Source: Daphnia carinata
Lineage: Eukaryota
NCBI RefSeq assembly: GCF_022539665.2
Contig: NC_081331.1
Location: forward strand, 14,260,001 to 14,324,000
Length of the DNA: 64,000 bases
Direction of reading: 5' to 3'
In this document: positions 41,764 through 54,375 of the stretch, piece by piece
Layout: each line of letters starts with the position of its first letter
How positions within the stretch are numbered: position 1 is the stretch's first letter
Made by a program: the position numbers and the translations under genes
The notes under the pieces: generated by a model
Seen by the model: the letters and a program-made list of their open reading frames with translations, nothing else
What the model was told of the DNA's origin: nothing
Database searches by the model: none

Positions 41764-41830
41764 TCTCGTGGCTCAATGTTAGAGCATCGGCGTTGCACGC
41801 TGAATGTCTGGGGATCGGTTCCCATACGGG
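41764..41830 (+). pseudogene. tRNA-like degenerate sequence
   Basis: TGGCTCAATGTTAGAGCA TCGGCG-TTGCA-CGCTGA ...GGGATCGGTTCCC. Confidence 0.55.
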
Positions 41831-41921
41831 TAAACAAAGTACAAAATTGCTTCAAAAAATATCCAGATATTACATGTTGTTCCTTGAATCTAAGTGGAAA
41901 AATTCAAAGAGTGTAATAAAC

Positions 41922-42516
41922 AATAATTGAATACTTACAGATAAACGATAAACCAATGGAAACAATGCTTACCATCAAAGGTGACAAAAACAAATAATGC
42001 GAAGAAAAAAAAAAAAGTTGATAAATGTAATGTGTGAACACGGCTAACACAGACAATGAAAGAAACAAATTTTGGATAAAATATTTTATAAAAAAATTTT
42101 TATTGACAATTCTCTGCACATTACAATTATTTTTGCAACTTTAAAAAGGCACAATAGCCCTTTCAAAAGTTGCCGTCAACCCAGGCAGGGGGAGACACTG
42201 CCTTGTTGACCCACCGGGGAGATTACCCGGTGATTGGCTAAGAGAAGCCGGAAGAAGAGCTGAAGATTTGGAACATTTTTACAGGAGCGATTAACCTTTA
42301 GTTCGGATTTGTGGGTAGCCACATCGCCCTCCGTGAACACATCATCGGACTAAGCGGCACCCCACGTCCCCTTTCCGGCCAGAGCCCTCCAAACCTCGGT
42401 ATATGTTGTTTTTATATATACCGTACAGTAGGGGCATGACCCCCTACGGGCTTATTACGAGTCAAGGGGAAACGGGGCTACGGAAAGGAAGGGAGCCCAG
42501 ATATGCACTTCAATTT
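41922..42516 (+). repeat. Module X copy 3; right arm of inverted repeat
   Basis: Inverted copy of 40822-41412. Confidence 0.95.
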
Positions 42517-42782
42517 ATGAAAAATTTAATACCGTTTTTAAACGAGAATCTGAATGAAGTATGGAAATTCCATGTAGTGTATCCAAACATAATAATTTAT
42601 TCAGGACCTTGCCCCAAACAAGAAACCTTTTCAGATCAAAATTTATTGTTCATCTATAATAAGACAGTAAAACACCATTAGGCATAAAAACTCTTAATTC
42701 ATATATATAGTTCATACCTTACATGATTCGTGAGTTGATTGCGAGCATATTCTTCTGTCAGAAGCTTCAGAAGAGACATTTA

Positions 42783-44730
42783 CGTTTTTCGTTTACGCTC
42801 ACCATGGATGCTTGTAGACTAAACATTTAAAGTTAAGACACTTTGCCCAATTCCAACAGTTCTGATTCTTACTTGTAAGTTGTTATTGCACGAGAATGCA
42901 GCGGCGAAATCCGCGGTCTTTTTGCTGTTGACAAAAAGGATAGTCTTGGCACCACCGAGATCTTGTAAAACTTCGATCAGCTTAGCTCTCTTATCTCTTT
43001 TCGGGCGCTGAAAAAAAAAAAACAGCTGTTCAACACCCGGATTGGTGCCATCGACAATGCCTGTTGTGACGAATATGTAGTCTTCCATGTACGTCGCAGC
43101 CAGCTCTTGCACTTCATCTGGGAATGTAGCCGAAAACATACAAACGCGACGGATTCCTTACAGAGAAACAAATAGTATTACATCAATCAAATCTCATACT
43201 CAAAAGCCATCGAGGACATACTTTCGGATGCATCGTTGGATGATTGACAATTTTTTTCAACATTGGGACCGAAACCCATATCAAGCATTCGATCAGCTTC
43301 GTCCAAAATTTAAAACCTGACTCCCAAGAAGTCAAATACTTCACGGTCGAGAAAATCATTGAATCGCACCGCGGTCGCGACAAAAATATTGCACCCAGCT
43401 TGAAGATTTGACCGCTGATGGCTCGTGAGAGTTCCTCCATATGTAATCACAGACTTTAAAACCTAACTGTAGGAGAATTTACACGTCTCGCGGTGAATTT
43501 GAATGGCCAATTCACGAGTGGGTGCGACAATTACAACTTCTGGCTTTTGCCCCATGGCATGAGACGCACCAACAACACTTTGTTCTAACAATATGTTCAT
43601 AACCGGTACCAAGTACGCCGCCTACATGAAAAAATGTAAAATTTTAGATGACTTAATCAACGAATATCACGAAGGGTTTGTTGAGTATCTTAGATGCAAT
43701 TGGACCTTTTAGTAGTCGCAATCACCGGCGTGCCCACTCAACATTACTTTTACTTCAACTTACCCAGTTCATACCCGCCCATTCGAATCAAGTCAGTACG
43801 AGGGCATCAAGGTTTCAAAATTACACAGCGTTAATTAGTTGGATTACCGTTTTCCGGAGCCCGTGACCACACAAGCAATTAAACCTCTTTTGGCAAGAAT
43901 AACTACAACGGAAGCTTTCTGAACAGGTGTTGGTTTTATGTAGCCAGAATTCTTAATGTTTTGAAGTAGTAGTTGACGCAGGCCGGCTTCTTCGAATGAT
44001 GTTATGTATTGAAGTACATCTTTTCCTGTAGCCTAGAGCAAACACAATAGATATTTTTTTAAAAATACAGTTTCGAGAAATGGCTTACATGGAGGACGAC
44101 TTTATCAAAATTGTTAAAGCGTCCCACATAGACAATGCCCTTAAACAGTTCCTTTTCATCACATGTCACAGCTTCTGGAATGTATTGCTCATGTGGCTTT
44201 CCATCTTCCGTCAATTCACTGAAGAGATTCGGGCAGCCTTTCGAGGTGTGGTCAGCTTCACTACACTAGGAGTAAAACAATGAACACTGGAACATAAAAT
44301 AGTTTTGTGAAGATATAATTGGTGTTTACATCGTAACAGTTGCTGCCACCAATGCTTCCTCCTTGAGGAAAATCCCTTGCTATATTGCCCTCTTCTTCAT
44401 TAAAAATGAGCACTAAAAATTATGTTTTTTTTTTTTTCTGTTTATGTCATGGGAGGTACGACTTCCACCACCGCCGCGACCCTCTTGTGGACAATCCTTC
44501 GAGAAATGTCCCCCTTCCCCATACTATAAAAAGCACCAAGAAGTTAAGTTCGAACACATGTTTCGATATTTTCATCTTACTTTGTGACGTCAGCGGACCA
44601 CTACCGCCGCCCCCACCAGCTTGTGGACACTCTGGCAAAATGTCTTTCACACTGTTAAACAAAACCATAGTTTAAAGTAATCACACTAGGAATACAAGAA
44701 AACACTTACCTTGTGACCCTGGACAGAAAA
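42783..44730 (-). pseudogene. vas: vasa (DDX4)-like DEAD-box helicase pseudogene, intron-containing and 3'-truncated
   Basis: Contains SFEEAGLR..KNSGYIKPTPVQK, TGSGK, AAYLVP, VAPTRELAIQI, LDEADRMLDMGF, MFSATFPDEVQ, FVNSKKTADF and TSIHG. Upstream Gly-rich remnants resemble CCHC knuckles. In-frame stops at 43465-43463 and 43312-43310, a 1-nt loss in GKT and an eroded motif Ib (TAVRF). Motifs V and VI are absent. Confidence 0.88.
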
Positions 44731-45665
44731 AATGTAGAACAGAATGAAACAAATAAGATTATATAGAGAGGTCAAGAAGTAAAATGTAGCGAGGACGGTC
44801 TATCTAGCGAGTAAAGGTAGACAGCAGACTACACGCGTTAAGCCAATCTAAAAATATGCCTGAAAAAAAAACTGTCCGAGGAGCCACGGTTTAAGGCGCC
44901 TCTTGTGGACGCAAAAGTCATTACGAGAAATTTTATCCGCCACAAACTAAATGTTTTTAAACATTTAAAGTACTTATCCAAATGAAAATTTAACTTAAGA
45001 AAATTTATATGTTTGAGTAATATAAAGACATTATTATGTATTATTTTCACATTGCAACAACCAATAATGACTTTATATTACTCAAACATATTATTTATAC
45101 CTAAAACAAGCAATTATTCTCATTGCTATTAGAATTACATTCATTATAATTGCTGCAGCACAAAATGGAAAGTTAATAGTTAATAGTAATAATAATGAAG
45201 TTAAGTAAGTAGAATATAACAAAATAATTATTGTATAGTTATATTTTAATGAAATAAAGTTATTAATTTAAAAAATTATATATTTATATGGCTAGAATTC
45301 GTAAATTTGTATTTAGAAAATTAAGTAGGAATCTGGCCGATAGATGGCCATAGCTGTAAAAAAGAAAAAAAAGGCCGAAATTTTTTTTTTTTTTTTTGGT
45401 AAAACGGATTGCCATAACTTAACGTATTTTTACGGCTACTGTTATTCTGACAAACAAAGACTAAATTTATTTTCGGAGAAAATGATGAAATTATTTTTTT
45501 AAAGCTTAATGTGTTTCGTATGTTTATAATACTATCCACCTTAAACACATTTATGCGGAAAACCAGTGCGCGAATAATGATTTAAAAAATAAACAAAGAC
45601 ATTGTATTTCAGACTATGGTTTTGATTTCAATGAAACTTATGGACTATTGGGTGATGAGTGTTAG

Positions 45666-46432
45666 CTACTCTGGTCTTCCAAGATCAATCATATTTCTTT
45701 TCAAGCTGCTATCCAATTCATAACATAAATTTTGCATGCTAAAATGAGTTGGGTGGCCATTATCTCCAAATGTAAACCCATGACTCAATTCAATTGCAAG
45801 ACTAGATTTGATTAAACCAATACCATGGAGTTTCTCTGGACCAGGATGGTAAATTCTACCGCTAGATCCCATGAACAATTTGGTGGGTTGGAAATCAAAA
45901 ACTAGATTGTTAGTGAAATTGCAACGGAGTACTAGCTTTCCTTTAACAACTTCAAGTGCTGTATAAACCATGGGTAAATCATCACAACGGATATAATTCC
46001 TCTCCCTTCCACAAAGAGAAAGATAGGGAAATTCCTTTTGGTAGCATTCTGTGTCATTAATTCTCAATCTTTCAAAGAAAAAATTCAAAAATTTCAGCTC
46101 TGCATGATTTGAAAATGAAATAAAACAAAAATTAATAAAAACCAGTTAGTAAACGTAAAAAAATATTGTTCAAACCTTTGAAACATGAAGTGAAATTCTT
46201 AATTCGTGCATCATCCATGAAGAGCTTTTAAGGACGAACAACTTCGGTTACATAATAACTAAATTAGATTTCTTAGGTAGTCTTCGCATATTACCATTCC
46301 TTGGTGATCGATGTAATAGAAATATTCTCGTATTCCTGGTTTAGGAGATTGCCCTTGGATATATTGGAAAACACAAGGTTGATGGACACATCTTTGTATT
46401 AGACTTCCTAGCACCCTCATTTTAGTAAACAT
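45666..46432 (-). CDS. C8orf82: UPF0598 / C8orf82 homologue (DUF4505)
   Basis: YIQGQSPKPGIREYFYYIDHQGMLFMDDARIKNFTSCFKE...FPYLSLCGRERNYIRCDDLP...GRIYHP; three exons. Confidence 0.9.
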
Positions 46433-46597
46433 TTTCAGACGACATCTGGTGCTAATTTCTCTAAGTTAGATTTACACGAAACATCAAAACAGAAAAAAAT
46501 AAGCTTTTTAGTTCTTTAAATAATGCAACAATGTTACCAAGAAAACTTTTATTAAAGAGTTATGTTAATCGCTCAATGCGAACTTCGATGAGCTTCT

Positions 46598-48580
46598 TCA
46601 ATCTTTAAATTCCTTATTTGGTTGAACATTCCAACCGTAAACCATCCGATCGAATCCGCAAGTAAAGAGATTGCAACGAGTGTTGATGTTCTCTTCCCCC
46701 CATGCAGTGGCACAGACCATACGTCGATGACCCTAGAACAGGGACTTAAAATTAAAGAAATTGCACTCTTTCAAAAAAAAATATAACGGATCATACCGTG
46801 CGATTGCTCCGCGGAAGGCGAGCGAGTCTCTGGCCGTTGAGATCAAAGAGAAGTACATTACGGTTGTCTAGAGGGACAGCGATAACATTGGACGGCGAAA
46901 CAGAGACCTTGTTTACAGGGCTTTCGCAGCGAATAGAGGCCAGTGGGGAACGCATGTTGCGCAGATCCCATACCTTAGCGGTCCGATCATCCGATCCCGA
47001 AACTACCTTATCTTCTCGTGTAAAAGTTACACATGTTACAACCCTGCAATACGATTACAACAAACTCGTTGGTAAATAAGGTATATAAAAAAAAAATTGT
47101 TTGTCATACTCCGAATGTCCTTGAAATACTGAGACTGAATGTATTGGGTCGCGGAAATCCCAAAGACGGAATGTTGTGTCCTTTGACGCAGTGACAACCA
47201 GTCGCTGGATCGGGTGCGCTGAAGTATGAGTAAGTTCTTGGTCATGTCCTAGATTCGAAGATATGGGAAAGAGTTCATAGAGTACGCAAAAAAAACTTGC
47301 ATAACACTATTCACGTTTTTACCGACAAGCTGATGGAGGAGCTCTCCCGTTGTTACATCCCAAATATTTGCAGTACGGTCCCAGGAGGCCGTGACAGCTT
47401 GATCGCCGCCGGCAATCCAGTCAGCTGCAATCACGGCATTCGTGTGACCGACCAATTCGCAAACAGGAGTACGTAAGGTCGCCCAAGGACCAAGCGGAAG
47501 TGTGTAATCCTCATCTGCTGGCCCTAGGTTATCCTCCCTTTCGGATGTTTCCACTTCTTCTTCCGAAGAGAGCCCCTTTTGCTGCGAATACTATTCAACT
47601 ACGCATTAATACCGTAATACTATATCTAGTAACAGATAAGCCACAGCAATTCGATACCATCTGTTCGGGTGAAATTGCTGCCTGCCACAAGTGGCATGTC
47701 TGATCACCCGATGCCGTCATAACGAGATCCTTGGTAGGATGAAACCTCATGGAATTTACTGAACCTTTATGCCCTTGATACTGAAGTAGGCAACGGCTAG
47801 ACTCTGTACTCCAAATGCAAGCTGTTCCATCTGTTGAAACCATAATTTTTTACATTTTATTCTGATACTTTATACTTATTAACAATTTTAAGAAACCTGC
47901 TGAAGCAGATCCAACTAGTGGGAAAGTTTTTGAAGTAGTCACATCCCATACTCCATCTCTGTGACCACGAAATTGGCGTGACAGGGCACAAGTGATGGCT
48001 GGGGCTTTGAAACTGGAAACAATCCTGCTTGTTTGTGCTTTTAATCTATGGCTTGGTTTCATTTTCTGAGCACTACCTGTGCTAGCTACAGTTATTTAAT
48101 AATTAGATACTGACACTAATATGTTTGCAAGAATACCTACATTTCTGTTTTAGCAAATTTCGGGTGAAGAAGGAATCAAAATCTGTTTGATCTAGGCCAC
48201 CTCTATCTCCTACAACCCCATCCCTATCAGTACGTTCACTGAGAGAATCAACCTTTTCCTGCACTTTATCCAGATGAAGAAACAGATAACTTTTAGTGTC
48301 CCTACATGGAATGTGCTTCATAAAGTATTTGTAATCTGTACTTACATAGCAGGTTCTCAGAGTAGAGTGCTTCAAACTCCCTTTCAATCTGATTAAAGAG
48401 GCCATATAGCCTGCTGCGAAACGCTGGTGGTAGAATAGAAACAGGATCAGCGCCTTCCATGGTATCAGTTCGACCAAACGAAAGCGATAGAAATCCTGCG
48501 CCAAAATCATCACCTCCCGAGGGTCGAGGAGTGCCAGGCATACGGATTCTCCTTGTTTTGGGCGGCTTCGATGAAGCCAT
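46598..48580 (-). CDS. WDR37: WD repeat-containing protein 37
   Basis: [41 protein letters not shown], several WD40 repeats ([29 protein letters not shown]) and C-terminal [17 protein letters not shown]. Confidence 0.93.
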
Positions 48581-50211
48581 GATGAAAATTCACAATTCTT
48601 GCGTATAACTTCGGTACTCTAAAAAGAATGAGTTACTCCTTACTATATGTAAACAACAGAGAACAGCAACACAATCGTCACAAAATCATTAGTTTGACGA
48701 CTAACAGCTGATTCTGGGTACGTTACAGAACCGTTCGTGATGAGGTTTGGCAACCTCGAGTTCGGATTTGCTGAATTTAATTGTTATTGACGTCAATACT
48801 CAACAGGGTGGAACCTTGTTTGTTAGCTAGTGACGCAAGTTCTGGATCGCTTCCAATCCTCCTACTTTATATGGACGCGCAAGGCAAAGGAAAGCTTCTG
48901 CTAATCCTTTTATAACTGAAAGCAATAAAACAAAAACAAAACAAACAAACAAAATTTAAAAAAAAATAAAGACAACTGACATGACTGATTGTCACGAGAA
49001 GCGTTTCCTACCAAGTATTTCAATGCACAAACAAGATGTGGTGTTTCTTTGTTGCAGAGACAATATACGTATAAAATGACGAGTTATTTATACGTGTAAT
49101 ACGAAAAGGGAAGTATGTTATGAATGGCAATGCCAATCTAAATGGGTTTTGCAACGAATTTTTCCCGGGTAATACCGTTTTCAGCTTTGCACACGTTTAA
49201 ACAACGTGATGAAGCTGGAATGCCTCAAGGAATATTTTCATCACATTTAAGCATGCCAACTCCCAAAGTTGTCAAGCGGAATTGGTGTACGTGTTTGTCT
49301 ACGTGAGAGCAGACAAGTAAACGAAACTTCAACTAGTAAATGGCCTCTCTTAAAATTCTAACTAAAGTGAGATAAACGGTTCTGCCGTCCTTGTTTCGAT
49401 TCTTTCGATTGTTGACGACTAGTGGTTATATGGGGAACTAAATTGAAATGAAACGTTTTTTCTTTTTCGAAAGGAATGAGTAAAAATAACTCCGAAATTT
49501 TTCGTGTACGTCAAAGCGCATTCATTCCAAAAGACTTCTTTCTTGTTCTTGTAATTTAACTTATCATTTTTAGTCCCGTCAAAGTTAACGCCCTGCTTAT
49601 TATTTTAGTTCAGATAGCTTGCCACCAGATGGTGGAAGGACCAAAATAAAACTGCATGACTGGTCTCGCCAAGCGAAGTATTCGTTGATCTTGTTCCAAA
49701 GCTCAAAGAGGAGCTTGTTATTAATATTTTAGCTGTCGCGTCTCGTGAAGCCCACAAACGCGTTCGTGCATCCCTTCGGACTAGTTTGCCCGATCACCAA
49801 CTCCCGAACACTTCCTGTGAATTTCTATTCTATCCCAGTTAGACCATTCTCGCACAACCTCCGAGCGCTTCCATCTGTGATTCCATTTGTCTGTTAGATT
49901 TGTCGACAATTAGTTATTCTAAACTCTATATGTGTGTTTCTGGGGCCAGTTACAATCTAGTCCTTCCTCGTTTCGCTGATTGTCGTGATTCAGGTAATTT
50001 AAAGCACTTGTTCAGTTGTTGTCTTTGAACTGCATCAAGGTTTACAACTGTTGCTACCCAAAATCTTAAAACATTCACCATGTCAGTAACATGATATAAC
50101 CTTGCCATGGTTTCATTATGATAACACTTCATTTGCTAATGGTTTTCTGGTCAAATTCTGATTGAACAGAATCTGATTCTTTTTTTCCTCTCTACAGTTG
50201 TGCTGTGGAAC

Positions 50212-50644
50212 ATGGCATCCATGCCATTTGGAATGCATGCTGTGCAGAAAGTGAGGGCTAACATGAATCTTGCTGCCAATGCAGCAACTACTGGAAGGCA
50301 GAGGCAGAAAGATAGCAATACAAACTATAAATTTAATAATGACCAATGTAAAGTTTTTATCATAAAAAAATATGTTGATATAGTAAACTCATTACCTTTT
50401 TGATATTATAGATGGAGACCCATCACCATCAAAATATTGTGACAAGATGATGAATTCCATTTGGGGACTCTATAATCGCTATTCTGTTCATAACTTTAAA
50501 AGCAACACATCATCTGGTCAAGCTCCAACCCTAGCACAGCAACAGCCGGCTACTAAAGAAAGCCAGGACTGGTTGCAAAAACCCATCAAGTGCCCACTGG
50601 ATGGAATGAAATTAAACTTTAATTCAAAGAATTTCCACCAGTAA
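50212..50644 (+). CDS. Small uncharacterised protein (~122 aa)
   Basis: Exons 50212-50347 and 50412-50644 join in frame over a 64 nt GT-AG intron, giving MASMPFGMHAVQKVR...CDKMMNSIWGLYNRYSVHNFK.... An acceptor at 50197 implies a 5' UTR intron. Confidence 0.65.
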
Positions 50645-50920
50645 ATGCATTGATGGGCAAAATCAGGGGATAATAATTTTCCCTGGTTTACTCTGTTACC
50701 TTTTCAATTAATCTCTTTCACTCCCAGTTCATAATAGGTGGATGTAGTGGGGTATGTAACATTCCCAGCTTGGAATCAATGGGCTCACAATTTGATGTCA
50801 ATGATCTATGCTTCAAATGTATCAGAGTTATCAATACAATTTATTCTACATCGTAATTTGTGTACTCCATTCTCCAGTTGATTAAAGCAGTATAAAAACA
50901 TAATAACTTCAATCAACAGT

Positions 50921-51376
50921 TTACTTGCCATTGGTAGTTTCATTACCAGCTTCTTTAAGACGATGCTTCTTGGGGATTCCTGTAAGTCTGAACTGCCTCC
51001 TTTCTTTAAGATAGATGTCTTCACATTCTTTCTTGAAGCCTTCATCTTGATACCATCTAGCCTGACATTCTTGCATGAGGGTATTCTCTTTTCGACATGT
51101 ATATGCCATTAGCAAACTGCTAGCTGCACAACATTTTGTAAATTCTGCCACTTCAGCTACACATTTTTCCTTCTTGGCTCTTTCTCTCATAATTTTGGGA
51201 ATCAGAACTTCTTTTTCGACAATCCTCAAACTTCTGTCATTTGGATCTCCTATATTATGGAAACCAAAGTAATGAAATATTGATGTTCACATGTATAACT
51301 GTTTCATTGATTGTATAATACCTAGTCCATGTGGATCTGTCCTTTGTGAATTGTGGCTTTCATCCTGGGTAGGCAT
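50921..51376 (-). CDS. CMC1: COX assembly mitochondrial protein 1 homologue (twin CX9C)
   Basis: PHGLGDPNDRSLRIVEKEVLIPKIMRERAKKEKC-x9-C...C-x9-C...YLKERRQFRLTGI; exons 51376-51322 and 51249-50921. Confidence 0.92.
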
Positions 51377-51848
51377 GATGATACTTCTTTTTTTTTCGTG
51401 ACCTATGTGCTGAAAGATTAAAAATACACAGAAATCTCAATTAGACAATGGTTAAGTTTGAAAACATAACATTGCTGTGTACTTCAGAAGCTCAAGGCCT
51501 AGTGGCTTTCCAACGATGCAAAAATATGTAGCAGACTCTCGAGATAGTGTCATACCACTCATGGTACTGTACTATTTCTATACTCACTATGTCCATAGGC
51601 TAAAACCTTCTCAACGACGTAAACCTCTGCTCACAACTTCTTAATTAGAAAAACTATTTTTTTTCTTTCCTTATTGACTTAGTAAACTAGTAGTAAACTA
51701 GTAGCTAATAAATTTTGTTAAATACATGATTCGCCTGTTACCTAATAGATGACGACCATTGAGTATCCTGTTGGTAACGTCGTCTGCTGCTTCACATGTT
51801 GACATGTGAGAATTTAGTCACGTCGTAACTGTTTTCTCACATTTAACA

Positions 51849-52687
51849 ATGTCACAAAACTCACAATACAAAGAGGAACAATTGGGCGAGATTTTCTCCT
51901 TGGAATCCATTTACCCTGATGAATTGGAGGGTAACTACTTGTTATTGGTAATGTAAAATATGTGTTTACGAAATTATTATTTGCAATTTTTCAGTTCTGG
52001 AAGAGGAACCATTTCACCAGTTTAAGCTACATGTGAAATCGGAAGGTCACGATGAAGAAGAAGGAATCGGTTATGCCTGCGATTTAAAGTTTACTTACAC
52101 ACCAACATACCCTGAAGAAATTCCTGTGATTGAGATAATGGATGACCTAGGGTTGGATGACGAGCAGTTAGAAAGGCTAAAAGATCGTCTTGAAAAGGAA
52201 GCAGAAGACAATCTAGGCATGGTGATGTAAGACAACAGCCATTAACTTTTAAAATATTCAAATGCATAACAATCATTGGTTTTTAAATTCCAGGATCTTT
52301 TCGTTAGTCTCAACTGCCAATGAATGGTTGAATAATGAATGGGATGCTGAGCTTCGTCATCGGGATGAGGAAGCAGAAAGAAAAATATTTGAAGCTGAAG
52401 AAGCAGAGAAAAATAAATGTCATGGTACTGCAGTTACTGTAGAAAATTTCCTAAGATGGAAAGCCGAATTTGATGCTGAAATTGCTGCCCTGAAGAAACC
52501 AGAGCGAGAAGATAAAGATAAGAAACTTACAGGAAGGGAGCTGTTTATGGTTGACAAGTCCATGATTGAATCTGATTTGAAATTTTTGGAAGATGGTGGA
52601 GAAGTGGTCAGGGTGGATGAATCACTTTTCCAAGATTTAGAGGATCTTGGTCTAGATGATGAGCTTGTGTCTGATGGCAGTGATTAA
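51849..52687 (+). CDS. RWDD1: RWD domain-containing protein 1 (DFRP2)
   Basis: YKEEQLGEIFSLESIYPDE, YPEEIP, LGMVMIFSLVS, HGTAVTVENFLRWKAEFDAE, KLTGRELF and VDESLFQDL; three exons. Confidence 0.95.
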
Positions 52688-53112
52688 AATGTAATGAAAA
52701 CATGTCTTGTTTCATTTGAAGTTTTCCTAAATGTTTTGGAACAACTTATTTCTCTTAACAGTTGGCTATCCTTACATTTTATAGAATTATCAACACGTTT
52801 CATTGACTTTGACATACGCTTTAAGGAAGCTATTGCGGTATCAAAGCGATAAAAATGAACCAACCGCCAACGATTACTAACCTTTTTAACTCGAATGACT
52901 CGAGTGCAGGATATAGTATTTTACTGTTGGTTTTTTTAATCACGTTTTTCTCACAACTCGATTCCTCATAACTCAAAACTAGTTCATCCATTTTATACGA
53001 CAAGAAAATTACTCAAAACGCAAATTGTAATCGGGCAATTCTGTGTATTGTAATGATCGACACAAAACCACCACTGGAAGGTCGATGGTACTGACCGTAC
53101 CAGCATTCGGTA

Positions 53113-54112
<1,000 letters not shown>

Positions 54113-54329
54113 GGTGGTTCTACAAAACGAGGATAAAGCACGTTAGATATTGACAGCACGCTGTTACTGAGCCGGCTGAGTATGTTGCTCGTTTACAGTT
54201 TAAGTATTCTCTACATTAAATTTGAAACAGAACGTAATAACAGTAGTCAAACATAATCTCTTACGAACGCGGAAATATTGAAAATGAACAAACGGAATAC
54301 TAAAATTTTGATGCCAAATATCAACCCAC

Positions 54330-54375
54330 CACGTTAGTCCGGTGTGCACACAGACAAGAAAATGGCCGAAGAGAC
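54330..54375 (-). promoter_or_regulatory. Putative non-coding first exon of RpS5 with pyrimidine-rich (TCT/5'TOP-like) start
   Basis: Minus strand TCTCTTCGGCCATTTCTTGTCTG..., then donor GTGGGT at 54329 and an acceptor just upstream of the ATG. Confidence 0.55.

Larger units (their letters stand above)
39152..45416. mobile_element. Unit 2: ~6.3 kb segment bounded by the same TIR family, carrying a vasa pseudogene and an internal inverted repeat
   Basis: TATGGCAATCCGTTTTAC-A-rich-...GCCATCTA at 39152-~39256, with its inverted counterpart TAGATGGC...GTAAAACGGATTGCCATA at ~45330-45416. Confidence 0.75.

Noticed and set aside
36198..41830. Functional tRNA genes
   Set aside because: Acceptor stems and anticodon loops are non-canonical, so they are kept only as tRNA-like motifs.
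41217..42119. Duplicated hydrophobic ORFs MQRIVNKNFF...
   Set aside because: By-products of the AT-rich inverted repeat with GTG starts and divergent ends.
42783..44730. Functional vasa gene damaged only by sequencing errors
   Set aside because: Substitution-type stops, eroded conserved motifs and loss of the C-terminal half indicate real decay.
34160..45430. Target-site duplication and superfamily assignment for the TIR units
   Set aside because: Flanks (CAACCT/TATATA, TTATTA/ACTTAA) give no convincing TSD beyond a possible TA, and the true ends are uncertain.
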